64,000 bases of DNA from assembly GCA_037719925.1 (NCBI GenBank), contig JBBJMD010000003.1, forward strand, positions 4,960 through 68,959, in the 5' to 3' direction. The notes under the pieces were generated by a model, which was not told where the DNA came from, did no database searches, and was given only the letters and a program-made list of their open reading frames with translations. The translations under genes and the position numbers were made by a program. Numbering within the stretch: position 1 is the first letter of the stretch; each line of letters starts with the position of its first letter. The DNA comes from Ferruginibacter sp. (GTDB taxonomy: Bacteria; Bacteroidota; Bacteroidia; Chitinophagales; Chitinophagaceae). Positions 1 to 9,586 of this stretch are shown piece after piece.

Positions 1-1
1 A

Positions 2-1243
2 AAGATTGCGAATAGCTTTACCAGGGGCACCATTACCGGCGGGGATATGGAAGTTATTAAAGGCAGGGCAGATGCAAACCATATTTATTATGAGAAGAAT
101 AGCACTGTGAGGAATACCACAACTTTAGAATTCGATAAGAAATTTAGCAATAAAAAGAGCCTGAAGCTAAAACAAAGCGTAAGCATTTTCGACAGGCAGG
201 TAAGTGTGCCTGGTTATAATTTCTCCGGTGTGAATATCAATAGTTTTACAGACCTGTCATTGGCCTTCTTTGAACAAAAACATACTATGATCGGAGGGCT
301 TAATATCGTGTTTGATAAGTTTAACCAGGAAAACCTTCAAACGCAGGATACCAGGTCCTTTACAACAGGCGGCTATTTCCAGGACACCTGGGATATTAAC
401 GAGCGGTTAAAGATTGAAAGCGGTATCAGGTTGGATAATGTCCGGTATAGGAATATCAATTATATGAATGATCAAACCTTCGTATTGCCAAGGGTGTCTG
501 TGTTATTTAAATTTACTGACAGGATCGCTTCCCGGATCGGCGGCGGGTTTGGGTATAAATTACCTACCATTTTTACGGAGCAAACAGAGAGCAGGCAGTA
601 CCAGCATGTTTTGCCTTTGAGCGATGTTGCAGCGGAAAAAAGTGTTGGGGGAACAGCAGACATTAACTACAAAACACTTTTTACAGAGGAGCTCTCCTTT
701 AGCATAAATCAGCTGTTTTTTTACACCTCTATTAACAATCCACTGGTTTTGCAAACTGGTAGTTCAGGGGATTTTTATTTTGTGAATGCATCAAAACCTA
801 TCATCAGCACAGGCTTTGAGACAAACCTGAAGCTTATTTTTAAAGAAGACCTGAAGCTTTTCGCGGGTTATACGTTTACAAACGCCAGGGCAACTTATTT
901 ATCAGGTAATCGTTTTTTGCCGCTCTTGCCAAAAAGCAAATTAAATCTCGCATTGATGTACGAAAAGGAAAATAATTTCAAACTGGGGTTAGAGGGTTAT
1001 TGTACCGGCAGGCAATATTTATACAATGGAAACGAAACACCTTCCTTTTGGGAGTTCGGTTTTATGGCTCAAAAAACTTTTGGCAAAGTATCTTTATTTA
1101 TAAATTTTGAAAATTTTACAGATCAGCGTCAAAGCAAATACAAGACAGTTGTAAATCCGCCGCACAGCAATCCCGTATTCGATGATATCTGGAACCACAC
1201 CGAAGGCTTTGTGGTGAACGGCGGGGTAAAAGTTAAATTATAA
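2..1243 (+). CDS. TonB-dependent outer membrane receptor, C-terminal barrel (5' partial)
   Basis: Frame is open from position 2, so the gene starts before the window. Amphipathic beta strands, GLRLD-like and FENFTD motifs, barrel-type C-terminus (GFVVNGGVKVKL). Confidence 0.85.
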   Translation, partial: KIANSFTRGTITGGDMEVIKGRADANHIYYEKNSTVRNTTTLEFDKKFSNKKSLKLKQSVSIFDRQVSVPGYNFSGVNINSFTDLSLAFFEQKHTMIGGLNIVFDKFNQENLQTQDTRSFTTGGYFQDTWDINERLKIESGIRLDNVRYRNINYMNDQTFVLPRVSVLFKFTDRIASRIGGGFGYKLPTIFTEQTESRQYQHVLPLSDVAAEKSVGGTADINYKTLFTEELSFSINQLFFYTSINNPLVLQTGSSGDFYFVNASKPIISTGFETNLKLIFKEDLKLFAGYTFTNARATYLSGNRFLPLLPKSKLNLALMYEKENNFKLGLEGYCTGRQYLYNGNETPSFWEFGFMAQKTFGKVSLFINFENFTDQRQSKYKTVVNPPHSNPVFDDIWNHTEGFVVNGGVKVKL

Positions 1244-1277
1244 AAGAGTATGACATTGGTTATCATGTTTACTCTTT
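1243..1277. terminator. probable bidirectional terminator between convergent genes
   Basis: Imperfect inverted repeat aaagagta-tgacat...atgtt-tactcttt. Confidence 0.4.
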
Positions 1278-1314
1278 CATTAGGATAATCTTTATATCCA
1301 ACCATTAATCGTTA

Positions 1315-2841
1315 CTAATTAAAATCACTATCATTCAAATCCTCTTCCGTGAGTGACTGGGCTCCCATGTTGAGCATACTGCCCATGAGGTCTTTAAACT
1401 CTATCTTGCCATCCAATACTTTCTTGCTTATGAGCGAATAGGCGGCCAGTCCGTGCAATACAAATTCCATTAGTAATGCGTTTTCTTTGTCACCTGCAGC
1501 TTTAAAGTATTTTTTTACCAGCGCATGCAGGCCATCCACTTTATATAACAATTGGACCTTATCGGCATCTTTTGTTTCAAAAAATACATCGAGGTGTTTA
1601 CCACTGTCGAACCATCGCGTGATGGATTTGTAAGGGTTGTCTTCTGAAGATGCTTCTTTGGACCTTTTCTTTTTAAGTGTATCCGGGTTAGGGAAGTACT
1701 GGCTGAATATTGTGCGCGTAGCTTTTTCCAATAAATTAAACGCTACCTGGTAAGGGCCTTCCTGTTCGCCTTCATAAACGAGTTCTATTTTACCGGTGAT
1801 AGATGGGATGATACCTACCAGGTCGCTAATCCAGACCTGAGTTTGTTGCTCGCCGTTGATGATGGCCCTTCGTTCCGCGGCGCTTACCGCATTTTCATAC
1901 GCAGCAATGGTTAGCCTTGCGCTCACACCACTCTTCTTATCAACGAACTCGCTGCTCCTCGCTTCAAAAGAAACCTGCTCTATCAGGCGTTTCACGAGGT
2001 CGCTTACGTTCACACGCTTTAATTGCTCCTCGTAAATATGGGCCTCCTGCTCAGTTATGGCAAGTGATGTTTCTATTGATTTGGGATAATGAGTCAATAT
2101 CTGGCTTTCGATACGGTCCTTTAAGGGCGTTACAATACTTCCCCGGTTGGTATAATCCTCGGGATTGGCAGTAAATACAAACATAACGTCGAGCGGTAAA
2201 CGCAGTTTAAATCCACGGATCTGCAGGTCGCCTTCTTCTAAAATATTGAACAGAGATACCTGGATCCTTGCCTGCAGATCCGGCAATTCATTGATCACAA
2301 AAATGCTGCGGTTGCTCCGGGGTATGATGCCGTAATGCAATACGCGTTCGTCGGCAAAACTCAATTTTAAGTTCGCCGCTTTAATTGGATCAATATCGCC
2401 GATGAGGTCGGCTACACTAACGTCGGGAGTAGCCAGTTTTTCACCATAGCGCTGGCTCCTGTGCAGCCAGCTTACCGGTGTATCATTGCCATGCGTTTCA
2501 ACCAGGTCGATGGCATATCTTGAAATGGGCTGGAGCGGATCATCATTGATCTCGCTGCCTGAAACCACAGGGATGTACTCATCCAGTAGTTGGGTCATTT
2601 GCCTGGCCATCCTTGTTTTAGCCTGCCCGCGCAGGCCTAAAAACAGTATGTTATGGCGCGATAATAAAGCCCGTTCCGTATCCGGTATTACGGAATCTTC
2701 GTAACCCAGTATTCCCGGGAAAGCATTTTCCTTTGCTTTAATTTTTTTGATCAGGTTATCACGGATCTCATCCTTAATACTTTTAGAAACGTAGCCGCTC
2801 TTTTTTAATTGTCCCAGGGTTGTAATTGTATGTGTGGTCAT
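1315..2841 (-). CDS. AAA+ ATPase, Mg-chelatase ChlI/MoxR-like family
   Basis: Walker A-like GLRGQAKT, Walker B-like IFVINE, sensor TANPEDY, arginine finger LKDRI. Confidence 0.85.
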   Translation of the reverse strand: MTTHTITTLGQLKKSGYVSKSIKDEIRDNLIKKIKAKENAFPGILGYEDSVIPDTERALLSRHNILFLGLRGQAKTRMARQMTQLLDEYIPVVSGSEINDDPLQPISRYAIDLVETHGNDTPVSWLHRSQRYGEKLATPDVSVADLIGDIDPIKAANLKLSFADERVLHYGIIPRSNRSIFVINELPDLQARIQVSLFNILEEGDLQIRGFKLRLPLDVMFVFTANPEDYTNRGSIVTPLKDRIESQILTHYPKSIETSLAITEQEAHIYEEQLKRVNVSDLVKRLIEQVSFEARSSEFVDKKSGVSARLTIAAYENAVSAAERRAIINGEQQTQVWISDLVGIIPSITGKIELVYEGEQEGPYQVAFNLLEKATRTIFSQYFPNPDTLKKKRSKEASSEDNPYKSITRWFDSGKHLDVFFETKDADKVQLLYKVDGLHALVKKYFKAAGDKENALLMEFVLHGLAAYSLISKKVLDGKIEFKDLMGSMLNMGAQSLTEEDLNDSDFN

Positions 2842-3125
2842 ATTGTTAATGTAAACAAAAAACTAATTGTTAAGTTTGATGGCTTGATTGGTGAATGAAA
2901 TAAAAGCCATTATCGCAGTTAGCAAATGCAGGCTATAACCGAAGCTGTTTCAATAATGCATCAGCAGATGTAGTTTATCCAAATTATATTAAGTAAAAGT
3001 TGAATAAATATCTTCCCGAATCCTTTATCGAAGTGGTTTCCGGGGAACCTTGTGAATTGTTAGTAATAATAAAGTGAAGCCAGCTTACTAAAATACAATA
3101 GCATCGCTTTATATTTAACTCCACA

Positions 3126-4223
3126 CTAATAAACCGTCTTCCGCTTACCACTTTCAAAATCTTTAAATATAAAAGTACCCAGTTTGTCGAGCGATGCAAA
3201 GAAAGCCTTTCCATTATTGGTTTCAGTAAATTCAGTTACAAATTTTTGAAGATATGGATCGCTGGCTATCATAAAGGTAGTGATCGGTATTTTCAGTTTT
3301 TTACACTGGGTAGCCAGGCTCATGCAACGGTTTAATATTTTTCTATCTACACCAAAACTATTTTTATAATAACGTTTGCCAACTTTAAGGCAGGTTGGCT
3401 TGCCGTCGGTAATCATGAAAATCTGCTTGTTAGGATTGCGTCTTTTGCGCAGCAGTTCCATTGCTAATTCCAGCCCGGCTACCGTATTGGTATGATAGGG
3501 ACCTACCTGCAAATAAGGGAGGTCCTTTATTTCGATCGTCCAGGCGTCGTTGCCGAATACTACTATGTCAAGGGTATCTTTCGGGTACCTTGTTTGAATC
3601 AGCTCGCTTAAGGCCATCGCTACTTTCTTAGCCGGTGTTATCCTGTCTTCGCCATATAGGATCATCGAGTGGCTGATATCGATCATCAATACCGTAGAGG
3701 TCTGCGATTTAAAATCTGTTTCCCTGATCTCCAGGTCGTCTTCATGCAACCGGAAGCTATCCACACCATGGTTGATCTGGGCATTGCGGATGGAAGAGGT
3801 AAAATCTATTTGTTCCAGGGTATCGCCAAATTGAAAAGGCCGCGTTTCAGGATTGATCTCATCACCACCACCCGGTTTAAATGTATTGTGGTTACCCTGC
3901 TTTGTTTTCTTAAGTTTTCCGAATATTTCTTCCAGGCTTTTCTTTCGGATACCCTGTTCGGTTTTAGGGGTGATCTTTATCTCTCCGTTTTCGTTTTTCT
4001 CATCGATATATCCTTTATCCTTCAGGTCTTCATAAAAATCACCCATCCCGTAATCATTTTGGGTAAGATTGTATTCCTTATCCAGTTCGTTCATCCACTG
4101 CATCGCCTCACCAACCTCGCCGTTGGTATAGGTAAGTAACTGCATAAAGATATCCAGCAGTTGTTCAAAACGGGTTTTGTCGTTTTGAGCCGGGTCATAT
4201 TTCGAAAAATTATATCCTCTCAT
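3126..4223 (-). CDS. von Willebrand factor A (MIDAS) domain protein, likely partner of the AAA+ ATPase
   Basis: MIDAS motif DISHS...T...ITDG. Co-directional and directly upstream of the ATPase. Confidence 0.85.
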   Translation of the reverse strand: MRGYNFSKYDPAQNDKTRFEQLLDIFMQLLTYTNGEVGEAMQWMNELDKEYNLTQNDYGMGDFYEDLKDKGYIDEKNENGEIKITPKTEQGIRKKSLEEIFGKLKKTKQGNHNTFKPGGGDEINPETRPFQFGDTLEQIDFTSSIRNAQINHGVDSFRLHEDDLEIRETDFKSQTSTVLMIDISHSMILYGEDRITPAKKVAMALSELIQTRYPKDTLDIVVFGNDAWTIEIKDLPYLQVGPYHTNTVAGLELAMELLRKRRNPNKQIFMITDGKPTCLKVGKRYYKNSFGVDRKILNRCMSLATQCKKLKIPITTFMIASDPYLQKFVTEFTETNNGKAFFASLDKLGTFIFKDFESGKRKTVY

Positions 4224-4350
4224 AATTATGTGCCTTCCTCCTCAACCGGCAACCAGAGTGCATCAATATCGGTGGTCATTGGCCGGCAGCCTGTTGGTCT
4301 TGTGCAATTTAATAAACATTTGAGTGTAATTATTAGTTCGGATGTTAAAT

Positions 4351-4386
4351 AAAAAATCCTCCTGCTAATGGCAGAAGGATTTTTTA
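4351..4386. terminator. intrinsic terminator downstream of the DUF2723 gene
   Basis: aaaaaatcctcctgc-taatg-gcagaaggatttttt hairpin with A/T tails. Confidence 0.7.
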
Positions 4387-4403
4387 GTATTAATACCAGG
4401 TAA

Positions 4404-7400
4404 TTATTTTTTCGGGCTATCCGTTTGAGTTGCGGCCGGCCCCGAAGGAACATTGTTTATCGCACCCGGGATTTCTGTACTTTTTGGCAACGGGTTTTTA
4501 TACATCATTTCTAATTGCTGTATACCCCTCAGGAAATTAGTTGCCTGCTCATTGTCATTCCGGAACTGTTCCTGTTTATTTTCATCCAGGTGGCTATAAT
4601 AATTCACCGCTGTTCCAGTCCTTCCTTACACCCTGCTGACCTTTCGGCCAGCGCGGTATCCCCGGCTTTATAGCAAGCCTCCAGGAACGGATAGAAATGT
4701 AATTATGTTGCTGAACCTGATACCATCCCATATCCGAAATTCTCTTCCGACATCCCTTTGTCAACTTTATGCAGCATTTTTAGCATCTCTTTCCTGCCAC
4801 CTTCTGCCAGGTTGCTCGGCCTGCGCATACGCCAACCGGATGTTGTTTAAATGCTTGCGGTTTTCTTCATCAAAGTAAACCCCGGCTTTATCGGCATTAC
4901 CGAATACAAATTTGTTCATCATTTTGTCGAAAACCCAACTTTGTTAACCGTGCTCTTCGCCACCGGTACCAGCCTGTTTGTGAGCCCATCCTGGCGGAGG
5001 TATTGCAAAACCAAGCTCACGGTATTCTGACGTAAAATATATAGGCCGCTTCCACTGATTAGAAGCAATGATATTTAGATAGCCGCGTCGTTCTTGAACA
5101 TGGCATTTTTCGGAATGTCGAATCTCATTTCTGTTAACACGCTGTCCTCAGCGTTAACTGTACCGTTCCTCCTTACCAGGGCCGTATCCACCGGGATGAA
5201 TACTTTTTTTGTAGGAAATACATTGAGCGTATCACCGTTACGAAGCTCAATCTTACCCGCCTCATCGCTACCTGCATACTCTTTCATCATCTTATGAAGA
5301 TCCATGTACTGATTAGGGTCAACACCAGGCCGGGGGGCAAAATAAATAACATCCCTTGCCCCTTCTATCTGGGCGGCAGTCCAGATAGGATCAAAGGGGC
5401 CGCTTTGGTTTATTTTGTAGCGTAGCTGGTTGATATACCAGTCTGTACCCAATAAACTCGAGTTCACCACGCGGACATCCCTGCGTACACCTCCACTTCC
5501 TGTGCATACCACAACGGATAAGTATCATTATCCCCAAAGAAATAACCAGCGCATTAGGCGCGCAACTTTCCAGGTAATCGATAGCGAGGTCCCTGGCCAA
5601 TACTTTTTCGCCACGGTCGTGGTCATCCCATTCCTGGCTGGCCATTAATACGGGTACGGCGAGGGTGCACAAGGCAGCCGCCGCATAGCCCGCCATCCTG
5701 CTGTTCATGAATTTTGTAAATAATTCTTTCACATACAATACACCCAGCCCTATCCAGATGGCAAAGGCATAAAAAGAACCAACAAAGGCATAGTCCCGTT
5801 CGCGGGGCTGGCTGCCTGCCATATTCAGGTAAACAACGATTGCGATCCCGGTAAAGAAAAACAACAATCCTACTACAGCCGCATCCCTTTTATTTTTCTT
5901 AAAGTGAAATACTGCCCCAAGGATGCCCAATATCAGGGGAAGCGCGAATAATTTATTATTTGCTTTGTTATGTTTCATACTGTCCGGCATATACTGCTGA
6001 TCACCCAGTCGCATATTATCCCAGAAAGAGATACCGGTTTTCCAGTTGCCATCTCTTACATTACTTAAATCAACGCCCTGGATGTCATCCTGCTTGCCCG
6101 CAAAGTTCCACATGAAATAACGCAGGTACATCCAGCCTAGCTGGTACTGCATAAAAAAACTAATATTATCAGCCATGGTTGGCGTACCCGCCATTCCCCG
6201 GTTTTAGGATCCTTTCCAATTCCCGCGAATCTTGCATAATAATCAGCGTGGCCCTGGTCATTGCTCTGGTCCCACATACGGGGGAAAATATGCTGGTCTT
6301 CATCAGCATACGTGGTTTCCATCTTGCGGCCGTTCTTTACATATTCCCCTTTTCCTTTGATGTAGGTTTCTACCATGTTCTGTTCAACGGGATTGGCCGT
6401 AAAATCCTGGCCCTTCAGGAGTGGCCAGTCGCCATATTGCTCCCGGCCAAGGTAACCGACCAGGCTTACAGGGTTATCAACATTAAACATATCTACGGAA
6501 GGGTCACCAACAACATGAACAGAAAACTCCAAAGCCCGAGACGAAGGAAATTCCAGTTGCGACTGGTTGCTATCCTTAAACCGAAAAACAGCAGTACCCC
6601 TACCAGGACAAAGAAAAAAGCAAAGCCGCTGAAGAAAGGCATTCCGAAATCATTCACAAACAGGATATCAAAATTGCCCGCCCAGGTGATGGTCCACTGG
6701 ATTACCGCTTTTTGAATAAACCCAACCAATATACAGCCGGTTAAAAAGGCAAATACCAACCCCCAATTGGTTACTTTATAACGTTTATAATAATAGATCA
6801 TCACCATTGCGGGGATGGTCAGGAGGTTAAGCAAATGCACTCCGATGGAAAGGCCCATCAGGTAAAATATAAGGATGAGCCACCTGTCAGCGCTGGTGAA
6901 ATGCCCGGTAATACCTCTTTTATTTTCTTCCGTTACGGCATCTTCCCATTTAAGCATTGCCCAGAAAACAACGGCAGTAAAAAAAGAAGACAAGGCATAT
7001 ACTTCACCTTCAACAGCGCTGTACCAGAAAGAATCAGAAAAAGTATAAGCAAGAGCGCCAATTGCCCCAGCGGCCATTACAGCAAACACCTGCTGCCCAT
7101 TTAATTCATCATTACCTGATCTTACTAATTTTTTGGCAAAATGGGTGATGCTCCAAAATAAGAATAATATGGTAAAACCGCTTGATAAAGCACTCATCAG
7201 GTTCACCCCTGTAGATGCATGTTTTGGATCAAAGGGAGCCATAAATAAGCGGCCGATCAACACAAATAGAGGAGCTCCGGGAGGATGAGGTATCTGTAAT
7301 TTATAAGCGCTGGAAGCAAACTCGCCACAGTCCCAGAAACTGCCCGATGCCTCCATGGTCATTATATAAACGCTGCAGGCAATTAGGCACACCACCCATC

Positions 7401-7431
7401 CGGTAATGTTGTTGATACGTTTGAAAGTCAT
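4404..7431 (-). CDS. DUF2723 / TMEM260-like (GT117) polytopic membrane glycosyltransferase, split by multiple frameshifts
   Basis: Collinear fragments 6493-7431, 6137-6532, 5391-6194, 5075-5512 and 4404-4607. Motifs WDCGEF, HPPGAP, EGEVY, REQYG, PRERDY, WDDHDR. Confidence 0.8.
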
Positions 7432-7453
7432 ATAGTAGTTGGTTATAAGTGGG

Positions 7454-7461
7454 CAAATATA
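7454..7461 (-). promoter_or_regulatory. Bacteroidota -7 promoter element for the DUF2723 gene
   Basis: TATATTTG on the minus strand, 22 nt upstream of the ATG. Confidence 0.6.
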
Positions 7462-7649
7462 ATTAGTTTGTTGTTTGTAGTAGTTAGTTTGTAGTTATTT
7501 ATGATTTTTTTGTAGGCCATTTCCCGCGACTGCCATATGCAGGGTGGACCGCAATAATTACCACCCTGGCATCCTTTCAATGTATAACAATAAATAGTAG
7601 GTATTGTCGGGCTAAGCCAGCGACACCTGCGAGGGATGGCCCTGCGCAT

Positions 7650-7657
7650 TATCTTTG
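7650..7657 (+). promoter_or_regulatory. Bacteroidota -7 promoter element for the EamA gene
   Basis: TATCTTTG, 6 nt before ATG 7664. Confidence 0.6.
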
Positions 7658-7663
7658 CACCCG

Positions 7664-8557
7664 ATGCGAAAAGCGTTTCTGCAATTACATACCGCTGTTT
7701 TCTTAGCCGGCTTTACAGCTATCCTGGGCAAAATGATTGGTCTTAATGAAGGGCTGCTCGTATGGTACCGGTTATTGATTACGGTAACTATCCTGGTACT
7801 GATAATGTATGTCAAAAAGCAGTTGCAGCGTATCCCGGTAAAAGATGCATTTAAGATAACCCTGGTGGGATTGATCGTAGCCATTCATTGGGTTACTTTT
7901 TACGGAAGTGTAAAATATGGGAATGTCTCCATCGCCGTAGTTTGCTTTTCAGCAACCGGATTCTTTACCGCTTTCTTTGAGCCGCTGCTTTATAACCGGC
8001 GGATCGTTTTGACAGAGGTTTTATTGGGCCTCCTGGCTATCGGAGGCATCTATATTATTTTTGACTTTCATCCGCAATATAAAACAGGGGTTATTTTTGG
8101 TATCATTTCCGCGGGTGGCAGTTCGCTTTTCCCCATTTTTAATAAGCGGTTATTGACGAAGTACGATCCTGCGACCTTAACACTATACGAATTAGGCGGG
8201 GGTTTACTTGCCGTAAGCATTTTACTTCCCTTTTACCTGCTTCAGTTTCCGGCCACCTATTACAAGCCCACCACGGAAGATTGGGTATGGTTAACGGTGT
8301 TGGCTGGTTTTTGCACTGTATTGAGCTTTGATCTTCAATTAAAAGCATTGAAGATAATATCTCCTTTTACGACCAATATTGTTTATAACATGGAGCCTGT
8401 TTATGGGATCATCCTGGCTTTTCTATTTTTTCAGGAGAATAAATTGCTGGATAAACATTTTTACATCGGGGTAGGCCTTATAATATTATCTGTTTTGCTC
8501 CAGATGGGTAGGGTATGGTACGCAACCCGGGCCTATAAGCGGACGGTTACATCCTGA
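7664..8557 (+). CDS. DMT/EamA family transporter
   Basis: About 10 hydrophobic helices in two EamA repeats (FFEP, NMEPVYGI). ATG at 7664. Confidence 0.85.
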   Translation: MRKAFLQLHTAVFLAGFTAILGKMIGLNEGLLVWYRLLITVTILVLIMYVKKQLQRIPVKDAFKITLVGLIVAIHWVTFYGSVKYGNVSIAVVCFSATGFFTAFFEPLLYNRRIVLTEVLLGLLAIGGIYIIFDFHPQYKTGVIFGIISAGGSSLFPIFNKRLLTKYDPATLTLYELGGGLLAVSILLPFYLLQFPATYYKPTTEDWVWLTVLAGFCTVLSFDLQLKALKIISPFTTNIVYNMEPVYGIILAFLFFQENKLLDKHFYIGVGLIILSVLLQMGRVWYATRAYKRTVTS

Positions 8558-8707
8558 TTGTTTGCGGAAAGCTAACGGACGAATGCTTATCTTTTACCCT
8601 CGGGGAGTGCAATCTCAAGTAAAGAAGCTACTTAATTATAAAAAAACTAAAAAACCTCAGTCCAATCCAAAATCTTTTGTTACCTTCGCCGTCCAAAAAA
8701 TTAGTAT

Positions 8708-8944
8708 ATGGCTAGAGTATGTCAAGTTACAGGTAAGAGGCCAATTACGGGTAACAAAGTGTCGCATTCGAATATTAAGACCAAACGAAGGTTTTTGCCC
8801 AATTTGCAGACCAAGCGTTATTTCCTGGCGGAAGAAGACAAGTGGGTAACGCTGAAAGTTTCTTCTGAAGCCATACGCACCATCAATAAAAACGGCTTGT
8901 TTTCTGTAGTAAAACAACTCAGGGCTGCCGGCGAAAAAATATAA
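8708..8944 (+). CDS. rpmB: 50S ribosomal protein bL28
   Basis: [12 protein letters not shown]...[20 protein letters not shown]. Confidence 0.97.
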   Translation: MARVCQVTGKRPITGNKVSHSNIKTKRRFLPNLQTKRYFLAEEDKWVTLKVSSEAIRTINKNGLFSVVKQLRAAGEKI

Positions 8945-8988
8945 TCCTCGGTTTCCTTCTTCGGAAGGTCAACATAAAATAAATAACA

Positions 8989-9171
8989 ATGGCAAAGAAA
9001 GGCAACAGGGTTCAGGTAATTTTGGAATGTACGGAGCATAAAGCCAGCGGTAAAGCCGGTACAAGCCGGTACATCACCAAAAAAAATAAAAAGAACAGCC
9101 CGGAAAGACTGGAGTTGAAAAAATTCAACCCGATTTTAAAGAAGGTAACAGTTCATAAAGAAATTAAATAA
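8989..9171 (+). CDS. rpmG: 50S ribosomal protein bL33
   Basis: LECTEH...[21 protein letters not shown]...HKEIK. Confidence 0.97.
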   Translation: MAKKGNRVQVILECTEHKASGKAGTSRYITKKNKKNSPERLELKKFNPILKKVTVHKEIK

Positions 9172-9184
9172 TTAGTTAATTAGT

Positions 9185-9244
9185 TAATGTGCTACCGTGC
9201 TAATTATTAAAGCATACGCAGAACATTAGCAGGTTAGCACATTA
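9185..9244. repeat. inverted repeat built from 8-nt units
   Basis: taatgtgctaccgtgctaat (9185-9204) pairs 18/20 with attagcaggttagcacatta (9225-9244). Confidence 0.6.
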
Positions 9245-9267
9245 GCACATTATAAAATCATATTGTC

Positions 9268-9438
9268 ATGGCAAAAGCAGCTAAAACAGCGATTAAAACC
9301 AAGGACCAGAAAGCAGCAGCTGATGCTAAAAACTGGACAAAGGTAATTCGTGCTTTTCGGAGCCCGAAAACAGGTGCATATACCTTTAAAGAATCCATTG
9401 TTCATAAGGATAAAATCAAAGAACACCTGGCTCAATAA
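9268..9438 (+). CDS. DUF4295 protein (Bacteroidota ribosomal protein bL38), 56 aa, absent from the ORF track
   Basis: Translated by hand: MAKAAKTAIKTKDQKAAADAKNWTKVIRAFRSPKTGAYTFKESIVHKDKIKEHLAQ. SPKTGAYTF motif; position between rpmG and ftsY. Confidence 0.9.
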   Translation: MAKAAKTAIKTKDQKAAADAKNWTKVIRAFRSPKTGAYTFKESIVHKDKIKEHLAQ

Positions 9439-9463
9439 ATATTAAGCATGAGAATTATTATAT

Positions 9464-9495
9464 AAAGCTGTCCTGATTTGTATCGGGACAGCTTT
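9464..9495 (+). terminator. intrinsic terminator of the rpmB-rpmG-DUF4295 unit
   Basis: aaagctgtcctgat-ttgt-atcgggacagcttt hairpin followed by T-rich sequence. Confidence 0.75.
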
Positions 9496-9586
9496 CTTAA
9501 TTTTACCCCCGTCTTTCAGGGGTTGAAATGAGCATAATCTTAACATCACCTACAAACAAAATCCTCCCCCGGGGAGGTAAGCCGGT

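Noticed and set aside
1315-2841. True magnesium chelatase or photosynthesis gene
   Set aside because: No ChlH/CobN or bch genes are nearby, and the Walker motifs differ from ChlI.
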